Made by a program: the position numbers and the translations under genes. Shown piece by piece: positions 1 through 9,431 of a DNA stretch of 64,000 nt. The stretch spans positions 896,001-960,000 of the forward strand of contig CBDEUS010000001.1 of assembly GCA_965243395.1 (NCBI GenBank). The letters are read 5' to 3'. Source of the stretch: Gammaproteobacteria bacterium. Its GTDB lineage: Bacteria > Pseudomonadota > Gammaproteobacteria > UBA4575. The notes beneath the pieces are model-generated. The model ran no database searches, was not told where the DNA came from, and saw nothing but the letters and a program-made list of their open reading frames with translations. The first letter of the stretch is position 1; each line of letters starts with the position of its first letter.

Positions 1-1029
1 GAGCCTATAGTTGAAACTATAAAACTCGCGAATCATGACTATCATTCAAAAGTAGCCTATGCGCTTATTGCAGATAAATATATTTTGCAAATAGGTGAAT
101 CTACAGAAAATAAGAGCGATTTAATGGAAATAATTGCTCTCTCATTAGCGCCTTTGCTGTTTATAGCAATCCCATTTGCCTCATTGATATGTTGGAAAAT
201 AGCAAAACATACTACTAAAGATATTGAGCAAGTCAGTAAAACTGCTTCTCTTTTAGAATCTGGTGATTTTTCCCAAAGGGTCAAAATAGGTACAAACGTT
301 CGTGAAGTAGCATCACTTGGTATTAGTTTCAATAACATGGCTGAACGTGTCCAAACATTAATAACTGAAATGCGAGAGATGATTGATAATATCGCGCATG
401 ATCTACGAAGCCCTATAGGTCGAATACGAGCAATTTCAGAAGATTCTATTTCTAATAATAATAATCTAGAGGAATATAAAGTCGCGTCTGCTCAAACATT
501 AGAAGAATGTGATCGTTTAATAACGATGATTAATACTACATTAGATGTAGCAGAAGCTGAGTCTGGTGTCAGTAATGAGCACCATGAAAAAGTAAATATC
601 TCAAATATAGTTGAAGAAGTTTGCGATTTGTTTGAACCGTTAGCCGAAAGTAAAAACATTAGACTAATTGCAACTGTTCAGCCTAATAAAATCATTTCTG
701 GAAATAAACAAAACTTACAAAGAATGATTTCAAATATGATTGATAATGCAATTAAATATACTGGAAAAAATGGAGAAATTATTGTTGATGTTATTAATAA
801 TGAAAAAGAAATCAAAATTTTTATAAAAGACACTGGTATAGGTATTCCAGGTGATGAAGTAGATCGAATATTTGATAGGTTTTATAGATGTGATTCTAGC
901 AGATCAAATGAGGGATGTGGGTTAGGATTGAGTTTTGCGCGTGCTGTTGCACGCTCTCATAATGGCGATATACAAATAGAAAGTGAAGTAAATAAAGGAA
1001 GTATCTTCACAATCATGCTTCCATACTAA
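1..1029 (+). CDS. Two-component sensor histidine kinase (HAMP-HisKA-HATPase), 5' truncated by the window edge
   Basis: Frame is open from base 1; TM segment then HAMP; H-box IAHDLRSP, N-box NMIDNAIKY, DTGIG, FDRFYR, GCGLGL. Confidence 0.93.
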   Translation, partial: EPIVETIKLANHDYHSKVAYALIADKYILQIGESTENKSDLMEIIALSLAPLLFIAIPFASLICWKIAKHTTKDIEQVSKTASLLESGDFSQRVKIGTNVREVASLGISFNNMAERVQTLITEMREMIDNIAHDLRSPIGRIRAISEDSISNNNNLEEYKVASAQTLEECDRLITMINTTLDVAEAESGVSNEHHEKVNISNIVEEVCDLFEPLAESKNIRLIATVQPNKIISGNKQNLQRMISNMIDNAIKYTGKNGEIIVDVINNEKEIKIFIKDTGIGIPGDEVDRIFDRFYRCDSSRSNEGCGLGLSFARAVARSHNGDIQIESEVNKGSIFTIMLPY

Positions 1030-1126
1030 TTATTCTGTGAATTATTACCAAATGGTGAAATTATCGTAACAAACAAATGGGGATTGATAATACATAATAC
1101 ATGCACATTCATATTTATAGTATTGC

Positions 1127-1528
1127 ATGTATGCCAAAAGTTTAAACACAATTGAAAAACATGTATTGCATCATTTCATCAATCAAAATCAAAATAAGTT
1201 TAAAAACTTAACTGAACAGATTGTACATGCTTCAATTGTAAATAGAAAAAAGTCGAATACTGGGTTTAAAACAGAGTTTTTGATACCAAAATATATACCA
1301 AAAATAAACACTCTGAGCATAAATACAGTTTTATACTTATATGGTGCACATCAAGAACTTGATTCTTTTGTAAACTTTATGCTCTGGTTTACATTTGGTC
1401 GGCTTAATTATTTAGAGGGTATTTCCAGTATAGGCACATGGCCTAGTAATGAACTAGATATCATCATTTTTCCATCATACGAAGTTAGTTCGCTACATTC
1501 ACAGGCAACTGATTATCTCATCAAATGA
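1127..1528 (+). CDS. Hypothetical protein
   Basis: 133-aa ORF filling the intergenic space; no motif recognised. Confidence 0.55.
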   Translation: MYAKSLNTIEKHVLHHFINQNQNKFKNLTEQIVHASIVNRKKSNTGFKTEFLIPKYIPKINTLSINTVLYLYGAHQELDSFVNFMLWFTFGRLNYLEGISSIGTWPSNELDIIIFPSYEVSSLHSQATDYLIK

Positions 1529-1606
1529 TCATTTTTCAGTAAGCTTGTCATTAGATTAGCTAAGTAGATTTACACATGTATTAAATATTAATCACGGGAG
1601 TTAATC

Positions 1607-2620
1607 ATGAGTTTATCTAAAGTCAAATTTTTTATAACTATTATTTGTTTAACATTTCTTATTACACCCATAACGAGCATAGCAAGTAATAATCAAGATA
1701 GAGCGTGTACAAAATCTGCAAAATTTCTTAAATCTGCATGTGGTTTTGAGGTCAGAGATGATTATCTAAGCACGGTAGCAATCTGTCTTAATGAATCGGA
1801 CAAAGACAGTCGAAAAGAATGTATGCGTGATGCAAGATCCAATCAAAGAGAAGCTAACATGGAATGCAGAGAAGTATTTAGAGCTAGAAAGAGAGTGTGT
1901 AATGATATCGGTGAAGAGCCCTATGATCCCCCATTTAGTGAAGAATTTTCGCAAGAATTTGTTGATCCACGGGAAATTGGAAAATCTGTAAGTCCGAATC
2001 CTTATTTACCTTTAATTGCTGGAAATCAATGGGTATATCAATCCACTACAATTAATGAAGAAGGAGAAGAAGAAATTGAAAACAATGTTGTCACCGTAAC
2101 AGATAAAACTAAATTAATTGATGGCATCAGGTGTCTTACAGTTACAGATGTGGAGATGGATGGTGAGGACATTATTGAAAGCACGGATGATTGGTACGCA
2201 CAAGATATTTATGGAAATGTTTGGTATTGCGGAGAAATTTCGGAGAACTTTGAGTTATTTGAAGGAGACGACCCAGAAATTCCAGAACTTGTCGATATCG
2301 ATGGATCATGGAAATCAGGTAGAGAAGGAGCGAAAGCAGGTATTCTTTTACCTAGCGTTCCACAAATTGGCGAAACTATACGTCAAGAAGTTGCCTGGGG
2401 TGACGCCGAAGACATTATTGAAATTTTAGCGACTGATGCATCTGAATCAGCACCTGGTGGTTCTTGCACCAATAGTTGCTTACAAACATTCGACTATACA
2501 CCGCTTGATCCCGAGGCACTTGAGCATAAATTTTATGTGCCGGGGTTGGGACTTATAGTAGAAGTTGATTTAACTAATGGTGATCGCAATGAACTAATCG
2601 AATTTAGAAGCTCGCTTTAA
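1607..2620 (+). CDS. Secreted hypothetical protein with a Cys-rich N-terminal domain and an acidic C-terminal domain
   Basis: GGAG RBS, signal peptide, six Cys in the first ~100 aa, followed by a terminator. Confidence 0.8.
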   Translation: MSLSKVKFFITIICLTFLITPITSIASNNQDRACTKSAKFLKSACGFEVRDDYLSTVAICLNESDKDSRKECMRDARSNQREANMECREVFRARKRVCNDIGEEPYDPPFSEEFSQEFVDPREIGKSVSPNPYLPLIAGNQWVYQSTTINEEGEEEIENNVVTVTDKTKLIDGIRCLTVTDVEMDGEDIIESTDDWYAQDIYGNVWYCGEISENFELFEGDDPEIPELVDIDGSWKSGREGAKAGILLPSVPQIGETIRQEVAWGDAEDIIEILATDASESAPGGSCTNSCLQTFDYTPLDPEALEHKFYVPGLGLIVEVDLTNGDRNELIEFRSSL

Positions 2621-2637
2621 TATAAAACTTTTAGTGA

Positions 2638-2669
2638 AAAGGCAGCAAATTTTACAATTTGCTGCCTTT
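2638..2669 (+). terminator. Rho-independent terminator, possibly bidirectional
   Basis: Perfect 14-bp stem aaaggcagcaaatt-ttac-aatttgctgccttt. Confidence 0.85.
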
Positions 2670-2704
2670 AATATGTATATTTGCAATCAGCAGAATAGAG
2701 TAGT

Positions 2705-2748
2705 TCACACCACTACAAAACCCGCGATCTAAGACTTAATTCGAGTGA
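2705..2748 (+). repeat. 44-bp direct repeat, copy A
   Basis: tcacaccactacaaaacccgcgatctaagacttaattcgagtga; 37/44 identical to 6052-6095 without gaps (hand alignment). Confidence 0.85.
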
Positions 2749-2817
2749 TAGCCCCTCAAACAAATTGAAAAGCTAAGCATCTGTAATTGAAAGAGAATAA
2801 ATTCAAGTCTCTTCTAG

Positions 2818-2837
2818 ATACCCCCAGAAGTACCCCA
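2818..2837 (-). mobile_element. Putative tyrosine-integrase arm-type site pair (island-end remnant)
   Basis: Minus strand TGGGGTACTTCTGGGGGTAT; tandem GGGGTA repeats resemble those near att sites of P4-family integrase islands. Confidence 0.45.
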
Positions 2838-2855
2838 ATTTGGCTTTTGATTAGT

Positions 2856-2883
2856 AATGTCTGCTTTCGACTAAAAAGAAGTT
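2856..2883 (-). repeat. Degenerate copy of the ~30-bp palindrome (only one arm intact)
   Basis: Minus strand ...tagtcgaaagcagacatt matches ...tggccgaaagcggacatt of the 5998-6027 copy; lies just past the stop of 2899-3576. Confidence 0.55.
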
Positions 2884-2898
2884 ATAAAAGTTATTTGT

Positions 2899-3576
2899 TT
2901 AATTGCTGAATCGTATAATTTCTTTATTTGAAAACAACCAAACACGTCCTATCCAGTAAACTACCATGGCAAGAATTAAGAAAACTGGAATACCAATAAT
3001 ATAGATAAGTTGTTCTCCAGGCATATCTTTAATATTAGCGCCTTGCATTTTTATAATTTTGTCAATGAGCGCCAGTACAGCCCATACCAAAGAAAAACCC
3101 ATTCGCCACACATGCCTAATGATGCGATGTGGACCTGATAATCCTGATTTATAAATATTATGCATGTCGCCTATCGCACATAAAATTGCGAAGACAGCCC
3201 AATAATAATAGTTGTTCTCAACGCCTACATCAGTTGTACTATTTGTTATAAATATTGAACCAACTGCTAAAACTATTATCCATACCAATGCCATATACTC
3301 TAGAACGTTAATTTCATTTTTTTTATGGTGAGCTGTAAGCCATGCAGTAAATATTGTGTAAATAACTAACAAGCTTAGCAACATATCATCAATTGATTCT
3401 TTTAATGTTGCTGCTATAAAACCAGACACCAACATAATTAGCATTGAAGCTGTAAAACAACTACCAGCTTTTTTATGTAGATCCCCGCCTTTATTCGCTA
3501 ACAAGGTAACAACAGCAGCAACTAATCCAATCGATCCTGCCGGTGTATGTACCGCCCACACAATTATCTCTTTCAC
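2899..3576 (-). CDS. Integral membrane protein (DUF2306-like)
   Basis: About 6 TM helices; conserved-looking His motifs VHTPAG, KGGDLHKKAG, RHVWRM. Confidence 0.75.
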   Translation of the reverse strand: MKEIIVWAVHTPAGSIGLVAAVVTLLANKGGDLHKKAGSCFTASMLIMLVSGFIAATLKESIDDMLLSLLVIYTIFTAWLTAHHKKNEINVLEYMALVWIIVLAVGSIFITNSTTDVGVENNYYYWAVFAILCAIGDMHNIYKSGLSGPHRIIRHVWRMGFSLVWAVLALIDKIIKMQGANIKDMPGEQLIYIIGIPVFLILAMVVYWIGRVWLFSNKEIIRFSN

Positions 3577-3600
3577 GACGTAAGTCTCAAATAATTAAAG

Positions 3601-3927
3601 CTATAAATTGTTATTTAGTTTCTTACTTGCAAGATAACCATATTGAGAATCTTGATGCTGTCCCACTAAATATTCGTAAAGCGTATTTGCAATATCATGA
3701 TTTCCTAAACCTTCATGGGCTTGTGCTTTTAAGTAAGTTACCTCTGCTTTCATTTCTGGCGTTGAATCATTTATGTTTTCAGCTCGTGTAATTAGCTCTA
3801 ATGTACTTTCATAATCTTGTGCCTCAAATTTTTTGTACGCTTCTGTGATAGAGGCACTTTGAATCATGCTGCTACATCCTGCTACGACCAGCATTAAGAC
3901 CAAAAATAATAATTTCTTAATCATCAT
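3601..3927 (-). CDS. Small TPR-like lipoprotein
   Basis: Lipobox VAGC; helical TPR-like pattern YLKAQAHEGLG...A...YE. Confidence 0.8.
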   Translation of the reverse strand: MMIKKLLFLVLMLVVAGCSSMIQSASITEAYKKFEAQDYESTLELITRAENINDSTPEMKAEVTYLKAQAHEGLGNHDIANTLYEYLVGQHQDSQYGYLASKKLNNNL

Positions 3928-4030
3928 TTAAACCTTAGATTTAATTTGAAGTAATCAACGGCGCGAGATACTATCAATACATAAATCGATATAATAGAGA
4001 GAAATATCTATATCAGGTATACATATTTGC

Positions 4031-4921
4031 ATGGATTGGAAATCAATAAAATTCGACTGGAATCGGGCTAGAGCATTTCTTGTCACAGCAGAAGAAGGCT
4101 CACTCGCTGCTGCCGCACGTGCTCTTAATATGACTCAACCTACATTAGGCCGTCAGGTAGCTGCATTAGAAGATGAGCTTGGTGTTGAACTTTTCAATCG
4201 CAGTGGTAGAGGCTTGGAACTTACACCTAATGGAATGATGTTAGTTGATCATGTGCGCGCAATGGGCGAAGCTGCTAACCTTGTTTCTTTAACTGCTTCC
4301 GGCAGATCTCAAGCAGTTGAAGGACTAGTATGTATTTCCGCAAGTGATGCTTTTTCAACTTACCATCTACCAGGAATGATCAGTCGATTGAAAGAAAAAG
4401 CGCCTGGTATTCAAATTGAAATTGTTGCATCAAACGAGTTGAGCGACTTACGTCGTCGCGAAGCAGACATTGCTATTAGACACGTGCGACCAGAACAACC
4501 TGACCTTATAACCAAACTAGTCCGAGAACCCCTAGCAAACTTATATGCAGCAAGTTCATACTTTGAGAATCATGACCGCCCAATGTCTATTGATGATTTA
4601 TCGAATGCTGATTTTATTGGATTTGAGAATGTTGACCGATCTGTTGCAATCTATAATGAAATCGGTCTACCCATAACTAAAAATAACATAAAGTACAATT
4701 CAGGCTCTGTGGTAGTGGGTTGGGAATTAGTTAAACATGGACTTGGTATCATAATAATGAGTGAAGAAATAGCTTTAAACACACCCAATATTGAACAAGT
4801 ATTAGAAAACTTTGAGTCAATACAATTTCCTGTTTGGTTGACAACGCACCGTGAATTACACACTAATCGTTGTATTCGAATTGTATATGACCATCTCGCT
4901 ACAGAGCTTAGTAGCCAATAA
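4031..4921 (+). CDS. LysR-family transcriptional regulator
   Basis: N-terminal HTH EGSLAAAARALNMTQPTLGRQVAALE...LF.R; substrate-binding domain READIAIR. Confidence 0.97.
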   Translation: MDWKSIKFDWNRARAFLVTAEEGSLAAAARALNMTQPTLGRQVAALEDELGVELFNRSGRGLELTPNGMMLVDHVRAMGEAANLVSLTASGRSQAVEGLVCISASDAFSTYHLPGMISRLKEKAPGIQIEIVASNELSDLRRREADIAIRHVRPEQPDLITKLVREPLANLYAASSYFENHDRPMSIDDLSNADFIGFENVDRSVAIYNEIGLPITKNNIKYNSGSVVVGWELVKHGLGIIIMSEEIALNTPNIEQVLENFESIQFPVWLTTHRELHTNRCIRIVYDHLATELSSQ

Positions 4922-4966
4922 ATATTTAGTGAGAAATTTGTTGGAATCACTTATACGTAACTCTAG

Positions 4967-4995
4967 AATGACCGCTAACGACCCAAAGCAGTCAT
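4967..4995 (+). repeat. ~30-bp imperfect palindrome, copy 1
   Basis: (a)atgaccgct-aacgacccaa-agcagtcat: 9-bp arms with one mismatch, 10-bp spacer. Confidence 0.8.
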
Positions 4996-5020
4996 ATTTA
5001 AAATAATCTAGGGGATTGTA

Positions 5021-5992
5021 ATGTATCAATTAAGAAGTGGTTTAACATTTCTTGAAATGTGTCAAAAGGCATTGTTATTTTTTGCGCTAGGTTTGTTTGT
5101 TGGAGCAATGGCTCAGCTTATAATGCCAAAAATATTAAGCCCCACTCTTGTAAGAGATATATTAGATATTCCTGTCTACCCAAGACCTAACTCATTTATT
5201 TTCTTATTAGAGCTTACACCAATGTTTTTGGCGGGCTCAGTATTTGGCTGGATACTATCCATAGCATCAAAACCTCACTACATAATCAATACAGCATTTG
5301 CGACTCTCGGATCATTACTGTTTGTATTTTTCATGTCATTTAATATGAGCCGGTTATTTGGATTTAATGAATTTTATTTTGAGCATCCATGGATATGGTC
5401 ATATCTAGCAGGTTTTACTTTTACATTGTTATTATTTAGTGCTGTATCAAACGCTGAAACCATCAAAACAAAAGGTGTTGCAACTTTATGCGTATTACTT
5501 GCATGCATATCCATTTACTTAATTGCAAGCTATGTTTACTTGTCAAGAGACTATAAGAGACCTATAGATGCCTATGCATCTGTGGAGGGAATCAGATTAC
5601 TACCAAGGTTCATACCAAAAGCTTATTTGATGTTAACAAATTATAAAAACCGCTATATAGAAGGCAACAAAGAGTCACTGCATAGATTTCTTTTCACACT
5701 TTATGCTTCTAAGAGATATAGCAAGTCAAGACTGATAGAACTTTCGGCTGGATACTTGAAAAATGGCGCTGATATTAATGAGGTTAACCATCATGGAACT
5801 ATATTGCATGGGGCTGTCAGTTCAAGAGATGTAAAACTTATAGAACATGCACTAAGTTTTGGCGCAGATAAAGAAATCAAAACACATATATATAAAAATT
5901 ATAGGTGCACTGATATGACAAGTCTGGAATTAGCCAAATGCTTGCATGCTCTCGGTCGGCATGATTACACAAATATTATTTCGCTGCTTTAA
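5021..5992 (+). CDS. Membrane protein with a C-terminal ankyrin-like domain
   Basis: About 5 TM helices, then GADINE...GTILHGAV...ALSFGAD ankyrin-like repeats. Confidence 0.75.
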   Translation: MYQLRSGLTFLEMCQKALLFFALGLFVGAMAQLIMPKILSPTLVRDILDIPVYPRPNSFIFLLELTPMFLAGSVFGWILSIASKPHYIINTAFATLGSLLFVFFMSFNMSRLFGFNEFYFEHPWIWSYLAGFTFTLLLFSAVSNAETIKTKGVATLCVLLACISIYLIASYVYLSRDYKRPIDAYASVEGIRLLPRFIPKAYLMLTNYKNRYIEGNKESLHRFLFTLYASKRYSKSRLIELSAGYLKNGADINEVNHHGTILHGAVSSRDVKLIEHALSFGADKEIKTHIYKNYRCTDMTSLELAKCLHALGRHDYTNIISLL

Positions 5993-5997
5993 ACCAA

Positions 5998-6027
5998 AAT
6001 GACCGCTAATGGCCGAAAGCGGACATT
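5998..6027 (+). repeat. ~30-bp imperfect palindrome, copy 2
   Basis: aatgaccgct-aatggccgaa-agcggacatt, starting 6 bp after the stop of 5021-5992. Confidence 0.85.
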
Positions 6028-6051
6028 ATCGGTAGTTGAAGAGTAGGGTGC

Positions 6052-6095
6052 TCACCCCTCTACAAAACCCGCGTTCCTAATCTTAATTCGAGTGA
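6052..6095 (+). repeat. 44-bp direct repeat, copy B
   Basis: tcacccctctacaaaacccgcgttcctaatcttaattcgagtga; flanks can pair (gctcac/gtgagc). Confidence 0.85.
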
Positions 6096-6409
6096 GCAAC
6101 TCATCTACTTAAATAAATAATCAAATTATTGATTAAATTAAAAAAAGTCCTTTTTGCCATAGTATCGGCAATAAATTTCCGCTATGGAATGTTACTTCAT
6201 CCTACCCGCCAACGCTTATATACGATAACTAGCATATAAAAGTTATTTTAAGACTGGCGAAGTGCCTAAACAACAAAAAATACTTACTGATATTTTCTGT
6301 TGAATAATGGCATACATCTTGCTCTACATATAAATATGTCAAATTATAAACATTATAACTAATGCATATCATTATATATGTCTACAACATCCAAAAGTGA
6401 AATTTTATT

Positions 6410-9271
6410 TTGAGTGTCAGTAGAGCAACTAATTTTATCATTCCTAAAGCTCTTTGGATCTTATATTTTTGCTATGCGACTATTGTGGCACTTATTTTCC
6501 AGAAGTTTCTTTTGCCTTTGTTGCCATCCCTTCATGCGGGGAATGGATTACTGACCAATGATGCAATTTATTTTCATACAGTTGCGAAGGATTTGGCTGA
6601 TCAAATTCGATTAAATGGTTGGTCTAATTGGTCGCTTTACCCTGGGTTAGGGGCTGGTGCTAACGTTTCAGTCTTATCAATTTTATATGTATTTTTTGGC
6701 ACAGATCCATCATTGGCAATTCCTATAAATGCTGTACTACATGCTAGCAGTGGTGTTCTAATTTATTTAATTGCGAAGACAATCTATCCGGGAAATGTTG
6801 GGCATTACGCGGGACTAATTGCATCTGCATTTTTTATAGTTTTTCCATCAAGTCTGAATTGGTATGCACAAATTCACAAAGATGGATATGCAATTTTAGG
6901 CTATCTACTAGTGTTGTATTCATGGGTCTCATGGGTATCAATAGAAAATTGGAAAAATAAGCTTTTACTATTTTTATCAGGAAATATATTTGGCGGAATA
7001 TTGATAATGTCCGTACGCATATACGCGGTAGATGTATTATTGTTGGCAGTGTTTTTATTATTATTTTTTGTAGCGTTAAGCAATATAACTCAAAAAAGGG
7101 GATTGCCGATTATTTTTGGGGCTGCCGCCGCAGTGATATTCCTTGGAGCCTTAGTTATCACTACGCATGTTTTAGGTTTTGATAATTTAGCTAATGTTTA
7201 CACTTCTGCATATGATGAGAACTGTCCCATTGTTGAGTCTTGGGAATGGCAACGCATTTCTTTTGTTCCAGCAAAAATAGATTCTTTAGCTGAAAACATA
7301 TCTGCATTACGTCTTTCTTTAATTTGTAGTGGGTATGAATCTAATTCCGTACATGATGGTTTTATCGTTCCAGATAACTTCATAAGTTTAATTGCATATT
7401 TGCCAAGAGTGTCGCAAATAGCTTTATTTGCACCTTTTCCTGATACTTGGCTGAATGAACTTTCTATAACCAGAATTGTAGGTTCCGTTGAAATATTCAT
7501 CTGGTACCTCTTAGTGCCTGGCATATTTCTATTATTATGGCAACGCAACACTCTATCAGTTTGGTTAATACTTGGTTTTGGATTTGTGTTCTTGTTTACA
7601 TATGGATATGTCACCGCAAATTTAGGAACATTACATCGCATCCGTTATCCATTCTTAATGATCTTTATGTTACTGGGACTGCTTGGTTGGCTAGGGACTA
7701 TATTTAAACATTTGAATTTAGAAATGTTTAAAAGAAACATGACTTCACCCAAAACAGATTACCGAAATGCATTTAAGAAGGAGCGAGTGAAAGTGGTCAG
7801 TGCAGGTGCATCGGTTATATGTTTCACAGCTTTATCATTTGTGTTGTTTTTTTACCGCGATGTTTTGATGGGGCAAAAATTTGGAGTAGGAAGTGAGTTA
7901 GATGCATTTTTTTTGGCAATGTTGTTACCAATGTTTTTTGTAAATGTTTTTAGCATTCCTTTAGGTTCTTCATTTATTCCTGTATATCACAGGTTACGAA
8001 ATAATTCAGCTACCAATGCTGATTCAATGTTTTCAACAGTATTGTTTTTTTCACTTGGAAGCTTAACGATGGTGGGAGGTATACTTCTTTTATTATCTAA
8101 TGTTATATATCCTATTATTGTAAGCAAGCTGGATGTAAACACAATTTTGCGCACACTTGATTTACTTCCATATTGTGTATTGATCTTGGTGCAAAGTGTA
8201 GTAGTGGTATTAGCGAATGCAATCCTCAATGCACGGCAAATATATAGTTGGCCTGCGATTTATCAAGCAGCTGTACCAATTTTTTCAATCATTTCACTAT
8301 TTATATATGGAAAAGAATCAGGTATTGCAAGTGTTGCGGTAGGAATGCTATTTGGTCAGACAATTAATCTAATTTTAGTTCTGTATTTATTATATCGAGA
8401 CGGGGTTACATTAAAAATCAACTTCTCTAGTAGAATTCATAATGAAAGCTATAGAGAACTATACAAACTATATGTAGCACTCGTAGTTGCCGCGTTATTT
8501 GCGAGCGCAACGACGGTAATTGATAACGTAATGGCATCCAGTCTGAATGCAGGTAGTATTGGAATATATTCATTAGGTAGTAAAGTAAGTATTTTTGCTA
8601 CCGGAGTAATTGGCGCAGGAATTGCCTCGGTGGTATTACCTCGATTTACTACTCTGTTTTTAAATGGGGATTCTGAAGCGTGTAAGCGCGACCTCGCATT
8701 TTTTATCTACTTAGGAACTGTTTTAACTATACCAATAGCATTAGTATTATTTAGTATTTCTGATGATGTGGTACAAATTGTTTTCAGCGGTGAATTGATG
8801 ACAATGCATGGTGCAGAAGAGGTTGGCCGCGTAGCAATATTTGGAATAGCCCAACTTCCATTTTTTGTTTCTTATGCCTTACTAATCCGGTTTGCCAATG
8901 CTTATAAAAAGGGTAAGTTTATAGTGATAGCGGCATCACTCGGGCTTATTTTAAATGTTGTGTTGAATATAATTTTAATGCAAATAATGGGAGTCTCGGG
9001 CCTAGCTCTAGCCACTACATTGTCAGTTTTAGTGACCAGCTTAATTCTTATGATTATGGCAATCAGATATGGTTATATTAGAGTGTTTGATGTTTTGCTA
9101 ATTACATTTTCTTGGTGTATTTATTTAACCTCTGTTTTGTGTATACACTTCCAAAGTTATGCTGGTTTTGCAGTTTCGATAATTGCAATGTTAGTTTTAA
9201 TGTGGGAAATTTGGATGGCTCAGAGAGAGCCATCATTAAAATCTAAATTGGATATTCCAGCATATAGCTGA
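6410..9271 (+). CDS. Fusion of a polytopic GT-C/Wzy-like membrane domain and a MurJ/MviN-family (MOP) flippase
   Basis: C-terminal half FG.GSELDAFFLAM.LP...FIPVY...ID..MAS.L..GSI is MurJ-like; N-terminal half has DAIYFH, IHKDG, NLGTLHRIRYP typical of polytopic glycosyltransferase-like proteins; start codon uncertain. Confidence 0.8.
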   Translation: MSVSRATNFIIPKALWILYFCYATIVALIFQKFLLPLLPSLHAGNGLLTNDAIYFHTVAKDLADQIRLNGWSNWSLYPGLGAGANVSVLSILYVFFGTDPSLAIPINAVLHASSGVLIYLIAKTIYPGNVGHYAGLIASAFFIVFPSSLNWYAQIHKDGYAILGYLLVLYSWVSWVSIENWKNKLLLFLSGNIFGGILIMSVRIYAVDVLLLAVFLLLFFVALSNITQKRGLPIIFGAAAAVIFLGALVITTHVLGFDNLANVYTSAYDENCPIVESWEWQRISFVPAKIDSLAENISALRLSLICSGYESNSVHDGFIVPDNFISLIAYLPRVSQIALFAPFPDTWLNELSITRIVGSVEIFIWYLLVPGIFLLLWQRNTLSVWLILGFGFVFLFTYGYVTANLGTLHRIRYPFLMIFMLLGLLGWLGTIFKHLNLEMFKRNMTSPKTDYRNAFKKERVKVVSAGASVICFTALSFVLFFYRDVLMGQKFGVGSELDAFFLAMLLPMFFVNVFSIPLGSSFIPVYHRLRNNSATNADSMFSTVLFFSLGSLTMVGGILLLLSNVIYPIIVSKLDVNTILRTLDLLPYCVLILVQSVVVVLANAILNARQIYSWPAIYQAAVPIFSIISLFIYGKESGIASVAVGMLFGQTINLILVLYLLYRDGVTLKINFSSRIHNESYRELYKLYVALVVAALFASATTVIDNVMASSLNAGSIGIYSLGSKVSIFATGVIGAGIASVVLPRFTTLFLNGDSEACKRDLAFFIYLGTVLTIPIALVLFSISDDVVQIVFSGELMTMHGAEEVGRVAIFGIAQLPFFVSYALLIRFANAYKKGKFIVIAASLGLILNVVLNIILMQIMGVSGLALATTLSVLVTSLILMIMAIRYGYIRVFDVLLITFSWCIYLTSVLCIHFQSYAGFAVSIIAMLVLMWEIWMAQREPSLKSKLDIPAYS

Positions 9272-9286
9272 AAGTTATACGAGTGA

Positions 9287-9330
9287 TCACCCCTCTACGA
9301 AACCCGCGTCCTAAATCGTAATGCGACGTA
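9287..9330 (+). repeat. 44-bp direct repeat, copy C
   Basis: tcacccctctacgaaacccgcgtcctaaatcgtaatgcgacgta; 35/44 identical to copy B without gaps. Confidence 0.8.
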
Positions 9331-9385
9331 AACATGAAGTATCCATTGGCTTTTTTTGAAAACTAAATAATGAAAAACAATAAGT

Positions 9386-9408
9386 AAAAGGCATCCCCAA
9401 AATGCCTT
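9386..9408 (-). terminator. Probable ssrA terminator
   Basis: Minus strand AAGGCAT-tttgggg-ATGCCTT followed by a T-rich tail, ~25 bp after the tmRNA CCA. Confidence 0.55.
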
Positions 9409-9431
9409 CTAAAAATGTTTGATTAATTGAT

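Noticed and set aside
2705-9330. Repeats read as a CRISPR array or a classical integron
   Set aside because: Spacing is kilobases, no cas or intI gene is present, and there are no RYYYAAC/GTTRRRY cores
9388-9410. ggcatccccaaaatgcc as a second integrase arm site
   Set aside because: Better explained as the ssrA terminator hairpin
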